From Clostridia bacterium (GTDB lineage Bacteria; Bacillota; Clostridia; Oscillospirales; CAG-272): 64,000 bases of DNA. The stretch spans positions 22,987 to 86,986 of the forward strand of contig CAAFYZ010000028.1 in the NCBI GenBank assembly GCA_900767415.1, written 5' to 3'. This document shows positions 17,410 through 29,210 of the stretch, piece after piece. The position numbers and the translations under genes are program-made. A model generated the notes under the pieces. That model saw nothing but the letters and a program-made list of their open reading frames with translations. It was not told the origin of the DNA and ran no database searches. Each line of letters starts with the position of its first letter. The first letter of the stretch is position 1.

Positions 17410-17438
17410 AAGGGCTGTCATTCCGACAGCCCTTTTTT
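17410..17438 (+). terminator. terminator after the TPM gene
   Basis: AAGGGCTGTC-attcc-GACAGCCCTT, then T-run. Confidence 0.8.
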
Positions 17439-17650
17439 GTCCTCGCTGTCATTTCTTCTTTTTTCGGAAAAACGACGGCGGGATTGTTTTCTGTCTTCTG
17501 CCTTTTCCTTGTCTTCTGACGGGCGCGCTTTCCCCGGCGGCATAACCTTCCGAAAATTCTCCGTCGATCTCTTTACTTTTGATAAAAATCGGTGTATAAT
17601 AAGGTATATGATTTATAATTAAGTAAGAATTCATTCTGCGGAGGTGTACC

Positions 17651-19612
<1,962 letters not shown>

Positions 19613-19632
19613 ACCACCGTATAGGAAAAATC

Positions 19633-22467
19633 ATGGCAAAGAATATCGTTATCAAAGGTGCCCGCGTCAACAATCTGAAAAACATCGACCTTGTCGTTCC
19701 GCGGGACAAACTCGTTATTTTCACCGGACTTTCGGGAAGCGGAAAGTCCTCTCTCGCGTTTGATACCCTCTACGCGGAAGGACACCGCCGCTTTGTCGAG
19801 AGTCTGTCCTCTTACGCAAGAATGTTCATCGGACAGATGGACAAGCCCGACGTCGATCTCATCGAAGGGCTCTCTCCCGCGATCTCCATCGATCAGAAAA
19901 CCACGTCGAAGAACCCGCGTTCCACCGTCGGCACGGTCACGGAGATCTATGATTATCTCCGTCTGCTGTATGCCCGCGTAGGGATTCCGCATTGCCCGAT
20001 CTGCGGAAAAGAAATCCGTCAGCAGTCCCTCGATCAGATCGTCGAGAAGATTTCGGCACTTCCCGAAGGGACGCGCTTTTTGGTTCTCGCCCCCGTCGTC
20101 CGGGCACAGAAGGGAACGCAGGAGAAGGTTTTCGCCGACGCGAAGAAGAGCGGCTACACCCGCGTCCGTGTCGACGGGATCATGTACGATCTCTCCGAGG
20201 AGATCCGCCTTGACAAAAATCAGAAACATACCGTCGATATCGTCCTTGACCGACTGGTCCTGCGTGGCGATATCCGCTCCCGCCTCTCCGACTCGGTCGA
20301 GAGTGCTCTGCGTGCCGCCGACGGACGGGTGACGATAGCCACCGTGCCCCGCGACGGAGAAGAGGGGGAAGAATTCGGCTTTTCGCAGAAATACGCCTGC
20401 GAGGAGCATCAGATCGACTTCCCGGAGCTGGAACCCCGGATGTTCTCCTTCAACAATCCGATCGGTGCCTGCCCCGAGTGCGCCGGCATCGGCAACAAGC
20501 AGCGCATCTCCACCGAAAAGCTCGTGCCGCATCCCGAACTTTCCCTGCGGGAAGGGGGCATCGCCGCGAACGGCTTCCGCACCATGACGGAGGATTCCTG
20601 GACGGGACCTCTCGTCGCCGCGGTCGGCGCGGATTACGGCTTCACGCTGGATACTCCGCTCGCCGACTTCACCGAAGAGCAGATGCACGTCCTCATGTAC
20701 GGCGCCGGGGATAAAAAATACCGCGTGACCCGTTACTTCGGAAAAGAGGGAAAAGAGCAGCTCACCACCTACGACGGTATCGTTCACATCATCGAAAAGC
20801 GTATGCGTATGCAGGGCGGAGACTATTATCAGGAATTTGTCGAAGAGGTTCCGTGTCCTCGCTGCAAGGGACGCCGCCTCTCGGATGCCGTCCTTTCGGT
20901 CACGGTGGGCGGATTGAATATTGACGAGATCTGCCGTCTTTCCATCACGAAAATGATTGATTTTGTAAACAATCTTTCACTTTCCGAGCAGGAAATGACG
21001 ATTGCCAAAGAAGTTTTGAAGGAGATCAAAGCCCGTTTGAATTTCCTTCGCAGTGTCGGTTTGGATTATCTGAATCTTGCGCGCACCGCCGGGACTCTCT
21101 CGGGCGGGGAGGCGCAGAGAATCCGTCTTGCGACGCAGATCGGCTCCGCCCTTACGGGTGTCCTCTATATCCTTGACGAACCGAGCATCGGTTTACACCA
21201 AAGGGACAACGGAAAACTGATCCGCACGCTGAAAAATCTGCGCGACATCGGCAACAGCGTCATCGTCGTCGAGCACGACGAAGAAACCATGCGGGAGGCG
21301 GACTATATCGTCGACATCGGACCGGGCGCCGGGATCCACGGCGGCGAGGTCGTTGCCGCGGGTACGCCGGACGAGGTCGCCGCGTGTGAGCGGTCGATCA
21401 CGGGAGCATATCTTTCCGGGCGAAAGTGTATTCCCGTCCCGAAGACCCGCCGCCCGGGGAACGGACATTTTCTCACGGTACACGGTGCCGCGGAAAACAA
21501 TCTCAAGCATATCGACGTCTCCTTCCCCCTCGGCACGTTCACCGCTGTGACGGGCGTTTCGGGCAGCGGGAAATCCTCTCTCGTCAATTCCGTTCTTTAT
21601 AAGACCCTCGCGAAGACACTGAACCGTTCCACCACCTACCCCGGGAAGTGCGACGGCGTCACCGGGACGGAATACCTCGACAAGGTGATTGCCATCGACC
21701 AGAGTCCCATCGGACGCACCCCTCGGTCGAATCCAGCCACCTATACCGGTCTGTTCACCGACATCCGCGAGCTTTTTGCCCGTACGCAGGACGCAAAGGC
21801 GCGCGGCTACGACGCCGGCAGATTCTCGTTCAACGTGCGGGGAGGTCGGTGCGAGGCGTGTCAGGGGGACGGCGTCATGTGCATCGAAATGAACTTTTTG
21901 CCGGACGTCTACGTCAAGTGCGAGGTCTGTAAAGGAAAACGCTATAACCGCGATACGCTGGAAGTCAGATACAAAGGGAAGAGCATCTACGACGTTCTCG
22001 AGATGAGCGTCGAAGAAGGGCTGACCTTCTTCTCGGATCTGCCGAGACTGAAAAAGAAACTGCAGACGCTCTATGACGTCGGACTCGGCTATATCAAAAT
22101 CGGGCAGTCCTCCACCACTCTCTCGGGCGGTGAAGCACAGAGGGTAAAACTCGCGACGGAGCTTGCCCGACATTCCACCGGCAAGACCATCTATATTCTC
22201 GACGAACCCACCACTGGACTGCATACCGAAGACGTATCCAAACTGATTACCATTCTCGACCGTCTCGCCGACGCGGGGAACACGGTCATCGTCATCGAGC
22301 ATAACCTCGATCTTATCAAGACCGCCGACTATATCATCGACCTCGGACCCGAGGGCGGAGACGCGGGCGGTACGGTGATTGCCGAGGGCACGCCCGAAGA
22401 GGTCGCCGCGTGCGAAAACTCATATACCGGGCAGTACCTTCGCGAAAAGCTGAATATGAAAAACTGA
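19633..22467 (+). CDS. uvrA: excinuclease ABC subunit A
   Basis: Two ABC modules ([18 protein letters not shown]), zinc-finger CxxC pairs, LSGGEAQR signatures. Confidence 0.97.
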   Translation: MAKNIVIKGARVNNLKNIDLVVPRDKLVIFTGLSGSGKSSLAFDTLYAEGHRRFVESLSSYARMFIGQMDKPDVDLIEGLSPAISIDQKTTSKNPRSTVGTVTEIYDYLRLLYARVGIPHCPICGKEIRQQSLDQIVEKISALPEGTRFLVLAPVVRAQKGTQEKVFADAKKSGYTRVRVDGIMYDLSEEIRLDKNQKHTVDIVLDRLVLRGDIRSRLSDSVESALRAADGRVTIATVPRDGEEGEEFGFSQKYACEEHQIDFPELEPRMFSFNNPIGACPECAGIGNKQRISTEKLVPHPELSLREGGIAANGFRTMTEDSWTGPLVAAVGADYGFTLDTPLADFTEEQMHVLMYGAGDKKYRVTRYFGKEGKEQLTTYDGIVHIIEKRMRMQGGDYYQEFVEEVPCPRCKGRRLSDAVLSVTVGGLNIDEICRLSITKMIDFVNNLSLSEQEMTIAKEVLKEIKARLNFLRSVGLDYLNLARTAGTLSGGEAQRIRLATQIGSALTGVLYILDEPSIGLHQRDNGKLIRTLKNLRDIGNSVIVVEHDEETMREADYIVDIGPGAGIHGGEVVAAGTPDEVAACERSITGAYLSGRKCIPVPKTRRPGNGHFLTVHGAAENNLKHIDVSFPLGTFTAVTGVSGSGKSSLVNSVLYKTLAKTLNRSTTYPGKCDGVTGTEYLDKVIAIDQSPIGRTPRSNPATYTGLFTDIRELFARTQDAKARGYDAGRFSFNVRGGRCEACQGDGVMCIEMNFLPDVYVKCEVCKGKRYNRDTLEVRYKGKSIYDVLEMSVEEGLTFFSDLPRLKKKLQTLYDVGLGYIKIGQSSTTLSGGEAQRVKLATELARHSTGKTIYILDEPTTGLHTEDVSKLITILDRLADAGNTVIVIEHNLDLIKTADYIIDLGPEGGDAGGTVIAEGTPEEVAACENSYTGQYLREKLNMKN

Positions 22468-22486
22468 ACGGGAAGGAGAGAAAAAA

Positions 22487-23041
22487 ATGTATTACGGAAC
22501 GATCAAAAAGAACGACATCGCCAACGGCGAGGGGGTACGCACCTCTCTCTTTGTCAGCGGTTGCCGAAACGCCTGTAAGAACTGCTTCAATCGGGAGACG
22601 TGGGCGTTCGATTACGGCACGCCCTTTACCGCCGAGACCGAAGAGGAGATCTTCGCAACCTTCGAGAACCCCGTCATCGCCGGGCTGACCGTCCTCGGCG
22701 GAGAGCCGATGGAACCCGAGAATCAGCGCGCCCTGTTACCGTTTCTTCGCGAGATGCGCCGCCGCTTCCCGAAAAAGAGCATCTGGATCTATACGGGGAA
22801 TCTCTACGAAGAACTGATCGGGCTGTGCGGCGACAGTCCGAAGCATCTCGACATCACCGAAGAACTTCTCTCTTACGCCGACATTCTGGTCGACGGACGC
22901 TATATCGAAGAGCAGAAGAGCATCGGACTTCGCTTCCGCGGCTCGGCGAATCAGCGGATCATCGACCTGAACAAGACCCGTGCCGCGGGAGAGGTCGTTA
23001 TCTGGGACGGCTGCCGCGAAGACCGGATTTATCAAAAATAA
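22487..23041 (+). CDS. nrdG: anaerobic ribonucleoside-triphosphate reductase activating protein
   Basis: NDIANGEGVRTSLFVSGCRNACKNCFN radical-SAM CxxxCxxC cluster of NrdG. Confidence 0.9.
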   Translation: MYYGTIKKNDIANGEGVRTSLFVSGCRNACKNCFNRETWAFDYGTPFTAETEEEIFATFENPVIAGLTVLGGEPMEPENQRALLPFLREMRRRFPKKSIWIYTGNLYEELIGLCGDSPKHLDITEELLSYADILVDGRYIEEQKSIGLRFRGSANQRIIDLNKTRAAGEVVIWDGCREDRIYQK

Positions 23042-23055
23042 AAGGGAGAACCGAT

Positions 23056-23493
23056 ATGAAAGTAAGATTTATAAAACTGGACGACCGCGCCGTCGTCCCG
23101 ACCTACGGCTCCGCCTCGGCGGCGGGCGCCGACCTCTACGCTCTCGCGGGGGAGGACATCGTGATCCCGCCGCACAAGACCGTCATGATTCATACGGGAC
23201 TCGCCATGGAATTGCCCGAAGGGTATTGCGGTCTGATCTTCGCCCGCTCGGGCATCGCGACAAAACGCGGACTCGCCCCGGCGAACAAGGTCGGCGTGGT
23301 CGATTCCGACTATCGCGGCGAATTTATGGTTGCCCTGCATAACCATTCGGACGAGAGCGCGACGATCGCCGGGGGAGAGCGTATCGCACAGCTTGTGATC
23401 ACGCCATACCTCCGTGCGGAATTTACCGAGAGCGATTCTCTGACCGATACCGACCGCGGTGCGGGCGGCTTCGGCTCTACGGGGAGAAAATAA
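23056..23493 (+). CDS. dut: dUTP diphosphatase
   Basis: Start MKVRFIKL (RBS AGGGAG). Motifs AGADLYA, GLIFARSG, VVDSDYRGE, RGAGGFGSTG. Confidence 0.95.
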   Translation: MKVRFIKLDDRAVVPTYGSASAAGADLYALAGEDIVIPPHKTVMIHTGLAMELPEGYCGLIFARSGIATKRGLAPANKVGVVDSDYRGEFMVALHNHSDESATIAGGERIAQLVITPYLRAEFTESDSLTDTDRGAGGFGSTGRK

Positions 23494-23564
23494 GCACCGG
23501 AACGCTCCGTCTCTTTATCTTTTTGTGCTTGAAAAAACGACAAAAAGAAACAGATACATAAAAA

Positions 23565-23607
23565 CAAGAATCCCCCGTGTCGGAAAGACCGACACGGGGG
23601 ATTCTTG
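23565..23607. terminator. bidirectional terminator between dut and the rlu gene
   Basis: 19-bp stem CAAGAATCCCCCGTGTCGG/CCGACACGGGGGATTCTTG; A/T runs on both sides. Confidence 0.8.
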
Positions 23608-23660
23608 TTAAAAAACGCAAACAATTCTTTGCAAAATGAGCAATTGTTCCGAAAGTTTCG

Positions 23661-24623
23661 TTAACTTTCAAAGAACTCTTTGACGAAATAGATTTTTTCC
23701 TTCGGAACGGAGAATTCTTTTCCGGACAGATAATCAAGCGGGGACGGCTCTCCGTGAAAAGAAAAGCGCAGGCGATAAGAATACAGTGCCTGATAGCGGT
23801 AGCCGTGCGCTCTGTCGTCGCGGTTGACACCGTATTTTCCGTCGCCGAGCAGGGGATGACCGATGAAGGCGAGGTGGGAGCGGATCTGGTGCGTCCGACC
23901 GGTCAGAAGTTCCACTTCGAGGAGAGCGAGATCTCCCTTTGTCGCTACGGTGCGATACTTCGTGCGGATTTCTTTTGCTCCCTTTGGCGGGAACTTTTCA
24001 TAGACCTTGACGCGGTTGTTCTTCTCGTCTTTCAGAAGATAGCCCGTGAGGAGTGCCTCCCGCGGCGCGGGAATCCCGTGCACGGCACAGAGATAGTATT
24101 TGTCGATCTCACGGTCGCGGATCTTCTCGTTCATGACGCGCAGGGTCATCGCGTCCTTCGCCGCGATCACGATCCCGCCCGTGTTACGGTCGATGCGGTT
24201 GCACAGTGCGGGGGCAAAACTTTGTTCGTCCTTTGGGACATACTCGCCCTTTTGATAAAGGTACGCCTGAATCCTCGTGATCAGCGTGTCGGTCGCCGTG
24301 TGCTCGTCCTCGTGCACGGTCAGACCGGGACGCTTGTTGACAAGGAGAAGATGTTCGTCCTCGTAAAGAATATCGAGGTTCGGCGTTACGCGGGCGAGCG
24401 AGACGTTCTCCGCCTTCCCGGTGAAAAATTCGTCGGGAAGAAAGCATTGGAGTGTGTCCCCTTCTGCGAGAATCGCGGACGGCTCGGTTCTCTTACGGTT
24501 GCATTTGATTTTTTTCGTGCGGATCGCTTTGTAAAGAAGTCCCGTCGGCAGACCGAGGGACTTCGTGAGAAATTTATCGACGCGCTGTCCCGCGTCGTTC
24601 TTTCCGATCTGTATCTCGTGCAT
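23661..24623 (-). CDS. RluA-family 23S rRNA pseudouridine synthase (S4 domain + catalytic domain)
   Basis: Start MHEIQIG (RBS GAAAGGAG). S4-like GQRVDKFL; catalytic NRIDRNTGGIV; HQIRSH motif. Confidence 0.88.
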   Translation of the reverse strand: MHEIQIGKNDAGQRVDKFLTKSLGLPTGLLYKAIRTKKIKCNRKRTEPSAILAEGDTLQCFLPDEFFTGKAENVSLARVTPNLDILYEDEHLLLVNKRPGLTVHEDEHTATDTLITRIQAYLYQKGEYVPKDEQSFAPALCNRIDRNTGGIVIAAKDAMTLRVMNEKIRDREIDKYYLCAVHGIPAPREALLTGYLLKDEKNNRVKVYEKFPPKGAKEIRTKYRTVATKGDLALLEVELLTGRTHQIRSHLAFIGHPLLGDGKYGVNRDDRAHGYRYQALYSYRLRFSFHGEPSPLDYLSGKEFSVPKEKIYFVKEFFES

Positions 24624-24688
24624 ACGGCTCCTTTCGGAAGAGGGACGGGACGCCGCACACGACATCGCGCGGCGGTGGCTCGGAAGTC

Positions 24689-24736
24689 AGGAAGAAGGAA
24701 AAAGAAAAAAGAAAAAAGAAAAAAGAAAAAAGAAAA
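24689..24736. repeat. polypurine simple-sequence repeat, about five AGAAAAA units
   Basis: GGAAGAAGGAAAAAGAAAAAAGAAAAAAGAAAAAAGAAAAAAGAAAA, between the upp terminator and the rlu start. Confidence 0.9.
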
Positions 24737-24766
24737 CGGAGCCGTCGCAATACACCGACGGCTCCG
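24737..24766 (-). terminator. terminator after upp
   Basis: Stem CGGAGCCGTCG/CGACGGCTCCG. On the minus strand it is followed by a long T-rich tract. Confidence 0.8.
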
Positions 24767-24780
24767 AAAAGAGCAAAAAC

Positions 24781-25410
24781 TTACTTCGTTCCGAAAATAC
24801 GGTCGCCGGCGTCGCCGAGACCGGGGACGATATAAGCGTGCTCGTTCAGGCATTTGTCGAGTGCGGCACAATAGATATCGACATCGGGGTGATCTTTCTG
24901 TACCTTTGCGACACCTTCGGGGGCGGCGACAAGGCACATGAGGAGAATGTTTTTGGCACCTCTTTTCTTTACCATGGAGATAGCGTCGGAAGAAGAACCG
25001 CCGGTTGCCAGCATCGGGTCTACGATGATGACAAGACGCTCGCCGATGTCAAGGGGCATCTTGCAGTAGTACTCCACGGGAGTGTGCGTTTCGGGATCAC
25101 GGTAAAGACCGATGTGACCGACACGGGCAGAGGGAATCAGCTTGAGAAGACCGTCCACCATGCCGAGACCGGCACGAAGGATCGGGACGATGGCAAGTTT
25201 CTTGCCGGAGAGTTTTTTCAGCGTGGCGGTAGCGACGGGTGTCTCTACGGTGACGTCTTTCAGCGGGAGGTCACGGGTGATTTCGTAACCCATCAGCATG
25301 GAGATCTCGTTGAGCAGCTCGCGAAAGTCCTTCGTCGAGGTGTTCTTGTTTCTCATGATGGTGAGTTTGTGCTGGATCAGGGGGTGGTCGATCAGATGAA
25401 ATTGGCTCAT
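24781..25410 (-). CDS. upp: uracil phosphoribosyltransferase
   Basis: Start [16 protein letters not shown]; 209 aa; [34 protein letters not shown]. The upstream part of the track ORF is non-coding. Confidence 0.95.
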   Translation of the reverse strand: MSQFHLIDHPLIQHKLTIMRNKNTSTKDFRELLNEISMLMGYEITRDLPLKDVTVETPVATATLKKLSGKKLAIVPILRAGLGMVDGLLKLIPSARVGHIGLYRDPETHTPVEYYCKMPLDIGERLVIIVDPMLATGGSSSDAISMVKKRGAKNILLMCLVAAPEGVAKVQKDHPDVDIYCAALDKCLNEHAYIVPGLGDAGDRIFGTK

Positions 25411-25544
25411 GTTTCTTCTTCCTTCCATATTTTGTTCCTGTATATTATAACGCATTCCGCCTCGGTTTTCAAGTCTTTTTGCAAGATTTTTCGGAGAAAA
25501 AGAGCCAAAGCCGGAAAAGAAAAAGGAGAAGCGTCGGATTCTAT

Positions 25545-25704
25545 CGAAAAACGGTAGAAAACAAAGATGATGTGAAAAAATAAAGGTCATACGTCGCAGT
25601 TTTTTTCGGAAGAAAGCAGAAAAGACACGGGAAAAGGCGGAAAATCCCGTGCAGGAAGACAATAAAAGCGTGAAAACGACGAAAATCGGTAGAAAACAAT
25701 GATA
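25545..25704. repeat. pair of ~25-nt direct repeats in the upp / nucleotidyltransferase intergenic region
   Basis: CGAAAAACGGTAGAAAACAAAGATGA (25545-25570) versus CGAAAATCGGTAGAAAACAATGATA (25680-25704). Confidence 0.8.
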
Positions 25705-25796
25705 ACGGTCAAAAATCCTGCCGGATTGCGGAACTTTACATTTTGGTAAAAACGAACGGGAATTTGGTACTATTTTCCCAAAATTCTTCCCGCCTC

Positions 25797-25825
25797 TTGC
25801 ATTTTTTCGCGGGGTGTGATAAAAT
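25797..25825 (+). promoter_or_regulatory. promoter of the nucleotidyltransferase gene
   Basis: TTGCAT, 17 nt, TGa-TAAAAT. Confidence 0.55.
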
Positions 25826-25870
25826 GAGGGTAAAAGCAGGAAAATATCCTGTAAAATAAGGAGAAATTCT

Positions 25871-26782
25871 ATGAAGAACCCCGAACTTGTGATCATGGCT
25901 GCCGGTATGGGGAGCCGTTACGGCGGTCTGAAACAGATCGATCCCGTCGACGATGCGGGACATATTATCATTGATTTTTCGATCTACGACGCGATCCGCG
26001 CCGGTTTTCGCGATGTGACCTTCATCATCAAGCACGAGATCGAGCACGAATTCCGCGAGGTCATGGACCGCCATCTCGCAGGGAAGAATATCAACGTCAA
26101 GTATGTTTTCCAAGAACTTGACAAACTGCCCGAGGGCTTTACCGTTCCCGAAGGACGCAAAAAGCCGTGGGGGACCGCACACGCCATCCTCTGTACTCTC
26201 GGCACGGTGGACGCTCCCTTTGCCGTCATCAACGCCGACGACTATTACGGCGCACACGCCTTCACGAAGATTTATGATTTTCTGAAAAATACAAACGACG
26301 AGGGCAAATATCATTATGCCATGGTCGGTTATCGGATCAAAAACACCGTGACCGAGCAGGGCACGGTCTCCCGCGGCATCTGCTCGCAGAATGCGGACGG
26401 TATGCTGACCGAGATCGTCGAGCGCACGAAGATCGGCGTCCGCGGCGACAGCATTTATTACGTCGAGGGTGACACCGAGACGCCGCTGGATCCCGAGACG
26501 CTCGTTTCCATGAACCTCTGGGGCTTCACTCCTTCCTACATCCGCGAGTGCCGCGACCGTTTCCCCGCCTTCCTGCGCGAGAATCTGCCGAAGAATCCGG
26601 AAAAATGCGAGTTTTTCCTTCCGAGTGTCGTCTCCGATCTGATCGGGGAAGGACGCGCCGATGTCCGCGTCCTGGACAATACCGACAAATGGTACGGCGT
26701 CACCTACAAAGAGGACAAAGAAGCCGTTGTGGAAGCGTTCCGCCGTCTGAAGGCGGAGGGCGTCTACCCCGAGAACTTCTGA
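25871..26782 (+). CDS. sugar-phosphate nucleotidyltransferase family protein
   Basis: [15 protein letters not shown]-terminal NTP-transferase loop, PWGTAHA, NADDYYG. Confidence 0.8.
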   Translation: MKNPELVIMAAGMGSRYGGLKQIDPVDDAGHIIIDFSIYDAIRAGFRDVTFIIKHEIEHEFREVMDRHLAGKNINVKYVFQELDKLPEGFTVPEGRKKPWGTAHAILCTLGTVDAPFAVINADDYYGAHAFTKIYDFLKNTNDEGKYHYAMVGYRIKNTVTEQGTVSRGICSQNADGMLTEIVERTKIGVRGDSIYYVEGDTETPLDPETLVSMNLWGFTPSYIRECRDRFPAFLRENLPKNPEKCEFFLPSVVSDLIGEGRADVRVLDNTDKWYGVTYKEDKEAVVEAFRRLKAEGVYPENF

Positions 26783-26797
26783 TCCGCCGAAAAACGA

Positions 26798-26842
26798 GGG
26801 CGGCGCGATGGTTTCCGACCGCCGCGCCGCCCGTTTTGTTCT
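26798..26842 (+). terminator. terminator after the nucleotidyltransferase gene
   Basis: GGGCGGCGCG/CGCGCCGCCC stem, then GTTTTGTTCTTT. Confidence 0.65.
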
Positions 26843-26846
26843 TTCG

Positions 26847-27479
26847 TTATTTCTCTTCCGTTTTCTTCTTTGCGAACGCGGCGATCAGTTGTGCCGCGCC
26901 TTCGATCCCGACCGTGGAGGAATTGATGGCAAGATCGTAGTTGTCATATTTTCCCCACTTGCCCCCGGTATAAAAATTATAGTAGGAGGAGCGACGCTTA
27001 TCGGTTTTGCTGATGGCGTCGATGACCTGCGAGGATTTCAACTCCGGGTGACGCTCTGCGACACGCGCCTTTCTGTGTTCGAGATCTCCGTAGATAAAGA
27101 TGCGGAGCAGATCCGGATCTTCCCGCAGGACATAGTCGGCGCAACGCCCGATGATCACACAGCTGCCTTCTTTGGCATACCGCTTGATGACGTCCGATTG
27201 CAGAATGAAGAGTTTGTCGTTGAGAGGCATCTTATAGCCGAATGCCATCGAGGTGCCGAGAACGTTGGAGCCCATGGCGAGCGTGTAGAGAAGACTGTTC
27301 GCCGCCGTCTCGTCCGCCTTTTTCGCAACATCGATGTGGAGGTCGCCCTCTGCGGCGGCATCCTTGATGATTTCTTTGTCGTAGAGAGGAATTCCGAGAA
27401 GTTCGGCGACCCTTCCGCCGATTTCGCGTCCGCCGCTCCCGTATTGTCTCGCAATGGTAATGATAAGTTTCTGTGCCAT
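26847..27479 (-). CDS. cytidylate kinase-like family protein
   Basis: ITIARQYGSGGREIG start typical of the cytidylate-kinase-like (non-Cmk) family; 210 aa. Confidence 0.8.
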   Translation of the reverse strand: MAQKLIITIARQYGSGGREIGGRVAELLGIPLYDKEIIKDAAAEGDLHIDVAKKADETAANSLLYTLAMGSNVLGTSMAFGYKMPLNDKLFILQSDVIKRYAKEGSCVIIGRCADYVLREDPDLLRIFIYGDLEHRKARVAERHPELKSSQVIDAISKTDKRRSSYYNFYTGGKWGKYDNYDLAINSSTVGIEGAAQLIAAFAKKKTEEK

Positions 27480-27608
27480 GGTACCTGACCGTTCCTTTCG
27501 CCCTTGGTATTATTCATTATATCAAAAAAAATCCGATTTGTAAATAGGTTTTGTTGCATTTTTTCCAAAAAAATCAATGTTTTTCGGAAAAATCAGGGAG
27601 GAAAAACC

Positions 27609-29147
27609 GTGAAACTCGCAAAATCAACCGATATTCGCAAAATCGACGCCTACGCGGCGGACACGCTCGGGATTCCCGAGGAAGAACTCATGCGTCGGAG
27701 CGGGCACGCCGTCGCGGAGGCGGTAAGCACCCGTACGACACGCGGGGCGCGGGTAAAAATATTCGTCGGGGAAGGGAACAACGGCGGCGACGGCTATGCC
27801 GCCGCGTGCGAACTTTTGCCCGCGTATGCCGTCACGGTATACGATGTGTTCGGTGAGGGGACGAAGAGCGCCGGTGCGCGCCGCTTCGCCGATGCGTTCC
27901 GTGCGGCGGGCGGAGAGATCCGCATTTTCTCCGGCGATGCCGACAGCGTCGCGGACGCCGAGTGCCTTGTCGATGCGGTTTTCGGCACCGGCTTTCACGG
28001 GACGATGCCGGAGGAGGCACGCACCCTCGCCCGTCTTTTCCGCCACGCCGTCGCGGAAAAGATCGCGGTCGACGTGCCCCTCGGCGTGAACCCGGACGAC
28101 GGAAGCGTCTCCCCCGACGCCGTCACCGTCGGGAAGACGGTCTGCCTTTCGTTTGTCAAGGCGGGGCTTTTGTCCTATCCCGCGCGCGGGTACGTCGGCG
28201 AGATCGTCTGCGATACGCTCGGACTCCCCGTCGATCTGCTGTCCGAAAAATTCCCCATGCCCTGCGAGATGATCGACGCCGATTTTGCCCGTCGGCACCT
28301 GCCGAAAAGAAAAGAGAATTCGAGCAAGGGGGATTTCGGTCGCCTTCTTTTGCTGACGGGGAGCGAGGTCTTTCGCGGTGCGGCGGCTCTCTCTTTGGAG
28401 GCGGCGTTGCGCGGCGGCGTCGGCTATGTCACCTATCTCGGCACCGAGTCGCAGGTGCACGACCTTTCGGAAAGATTTCCCGAGGCAATCTATCGGAAAT
28501 TTCCTCCGCTCTCCGACCTGACCGAAGAGGAGATCCGCTCGGTCGTCGCCCTGTCGGAAAAGCAGAGTGCGACGCTCGTCGGTTGCGGCTCGGAAGACAC
28601 GGCGGGACTTCTTCGGCTTGTGCGTGCGCTGTTGTGCGCCGAGGGCGGCACCTTGATTCTGGATGCCGACGCGCTGAACGCCCTGTCGCATGACCGTGAC
28701 GCGGCGGCAGAACTTTTCCTTCACGCAAAGCGGAAGGTCATCCTTACCCCTCACCCGTTGGAGTTTTCCCGCCTGTCGGGGGAGGACGTGGAAGAGGTGC
28801 AACTGCACCGTATGGAAAAAGCCGCAGACTATGCGAAGAAGACCGGCACGACCCTCGTCCTCAAGGGCGCGGGCACCGTCGTCACCGACGGGAACGCCTG
28901 TTATCTGAACGTCACCGGCTCGTCCGCCCTTGCGAAGGCGGGGAGCGGAGACGTGCTCGCGGGGCTTCTCGCCGCGCTCACAGCACAAGGGGTCAGGGCG
29001 ACGGACGCCGCCGCACTCGCCGTCTATTGCCACGGACTGGCGGCGGATACGCTCGCCCGCGAGTTTTCCACCTTCGGCGTTACCCCCTCCGATCTCCCGA
29101 AACAGATCGGAAGAGAGATTGCCCGACTGCAAAAGGATAATATGTAA
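27609..29147 (+). CDS. nnr: bifunctional NAD(P)H-hydrate epimerase / ADP-dependent dehydratase
   Basis: GTG start after RBS GGGAGG. YjeF-N (GNNGGDGY) and carbohydrate-kinase-like C domain (GSGDVLAG). Confidence 0.9.
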   Translation: MKLAKSTDIRKIDAYAADTLGIPEEELMRRSGHAVAEAVSTRTTRGARVKIFVGEGNNGGDGYAAACELLPAYAVTVYDVFGEGTKSAGARRFADAFRAAGGEIRIFSGDADSVADAECLVDAVFGTGFHGTMPEEARTLARLFRHAVAEKIAVDVPLGVNPDDGSVSPDAVTVGKTVCLSFVKAGLLSYPARGYVGEIVCDTLGLPVDLLSEKFPMPCEMIDADFARRHLPKRKENSSKGDFGRLLLLTGSEVFRGAAALSLEAALRGGVGYVTYLGTESQVHDLSERFPEAIYRKFPPLSDLTEEEIRSVVALSEKQSATLVGCGSEDTAGLLRLVRALLCAEGGTLILDADALNALSHDRDAAAELFLHAKRKVILTPHPLEFSRLSGEDVEEVQLHRMEKAADYAKKTGTTLVLKGAGTVVTDGNACYLNVTGSSALAKAGSGDVLAGLLAALTAQGVRATDAAALAVYCHGLAADTLAREFSTFGVTPSDLPKQIGREIARLQKDNM

Positions 29148-29163
29148 ATAATTCTTTTCATAA

Positions 29164-29207
29164 CGGACGCAGAACGAAGGAATGCTTCGCTCTGCGTCCG
29201 CTTTTTT
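29164..29207 (+). terminator. terminator after nnr
   Basis: Stem CGGACGCAGA...TCTGCGTCCG, then T6. Confidence 0.75.
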
Positions 29208-29210
29208 GTC

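Noticed and set aside
17410-17438. Near-identical terminator hairpins at 17410-17438 and 46790-46818 (GGGCTGTCA-yyC-CGACAGCCC), a possible dispersed repeat.
   Set aside because: Only about 20 nt are shared, and both function plausibly as ordinary intrinsic terminators. Two copies in 64 kb are insufficient to claim an element family.
17615-17635. Possible LexA/Cheo SOS box upstream of uvrB (AGAATTCATTCT palindrome).
   Set aside because: The half-site spacing is wrong for the Firmicute consensus GAAC-N4-GTTC, and the bases differ (GAAT/ATTC). I cannot support an SOS operator from sequence alone.
25411-25700. PyrR-type attenuator in the upp leader.
   Set aside because: I did not find the PyrR binding-loop consensus (ARUCCAGAGAGGYU) or a terminator/antiterminator pair on the upp strand.
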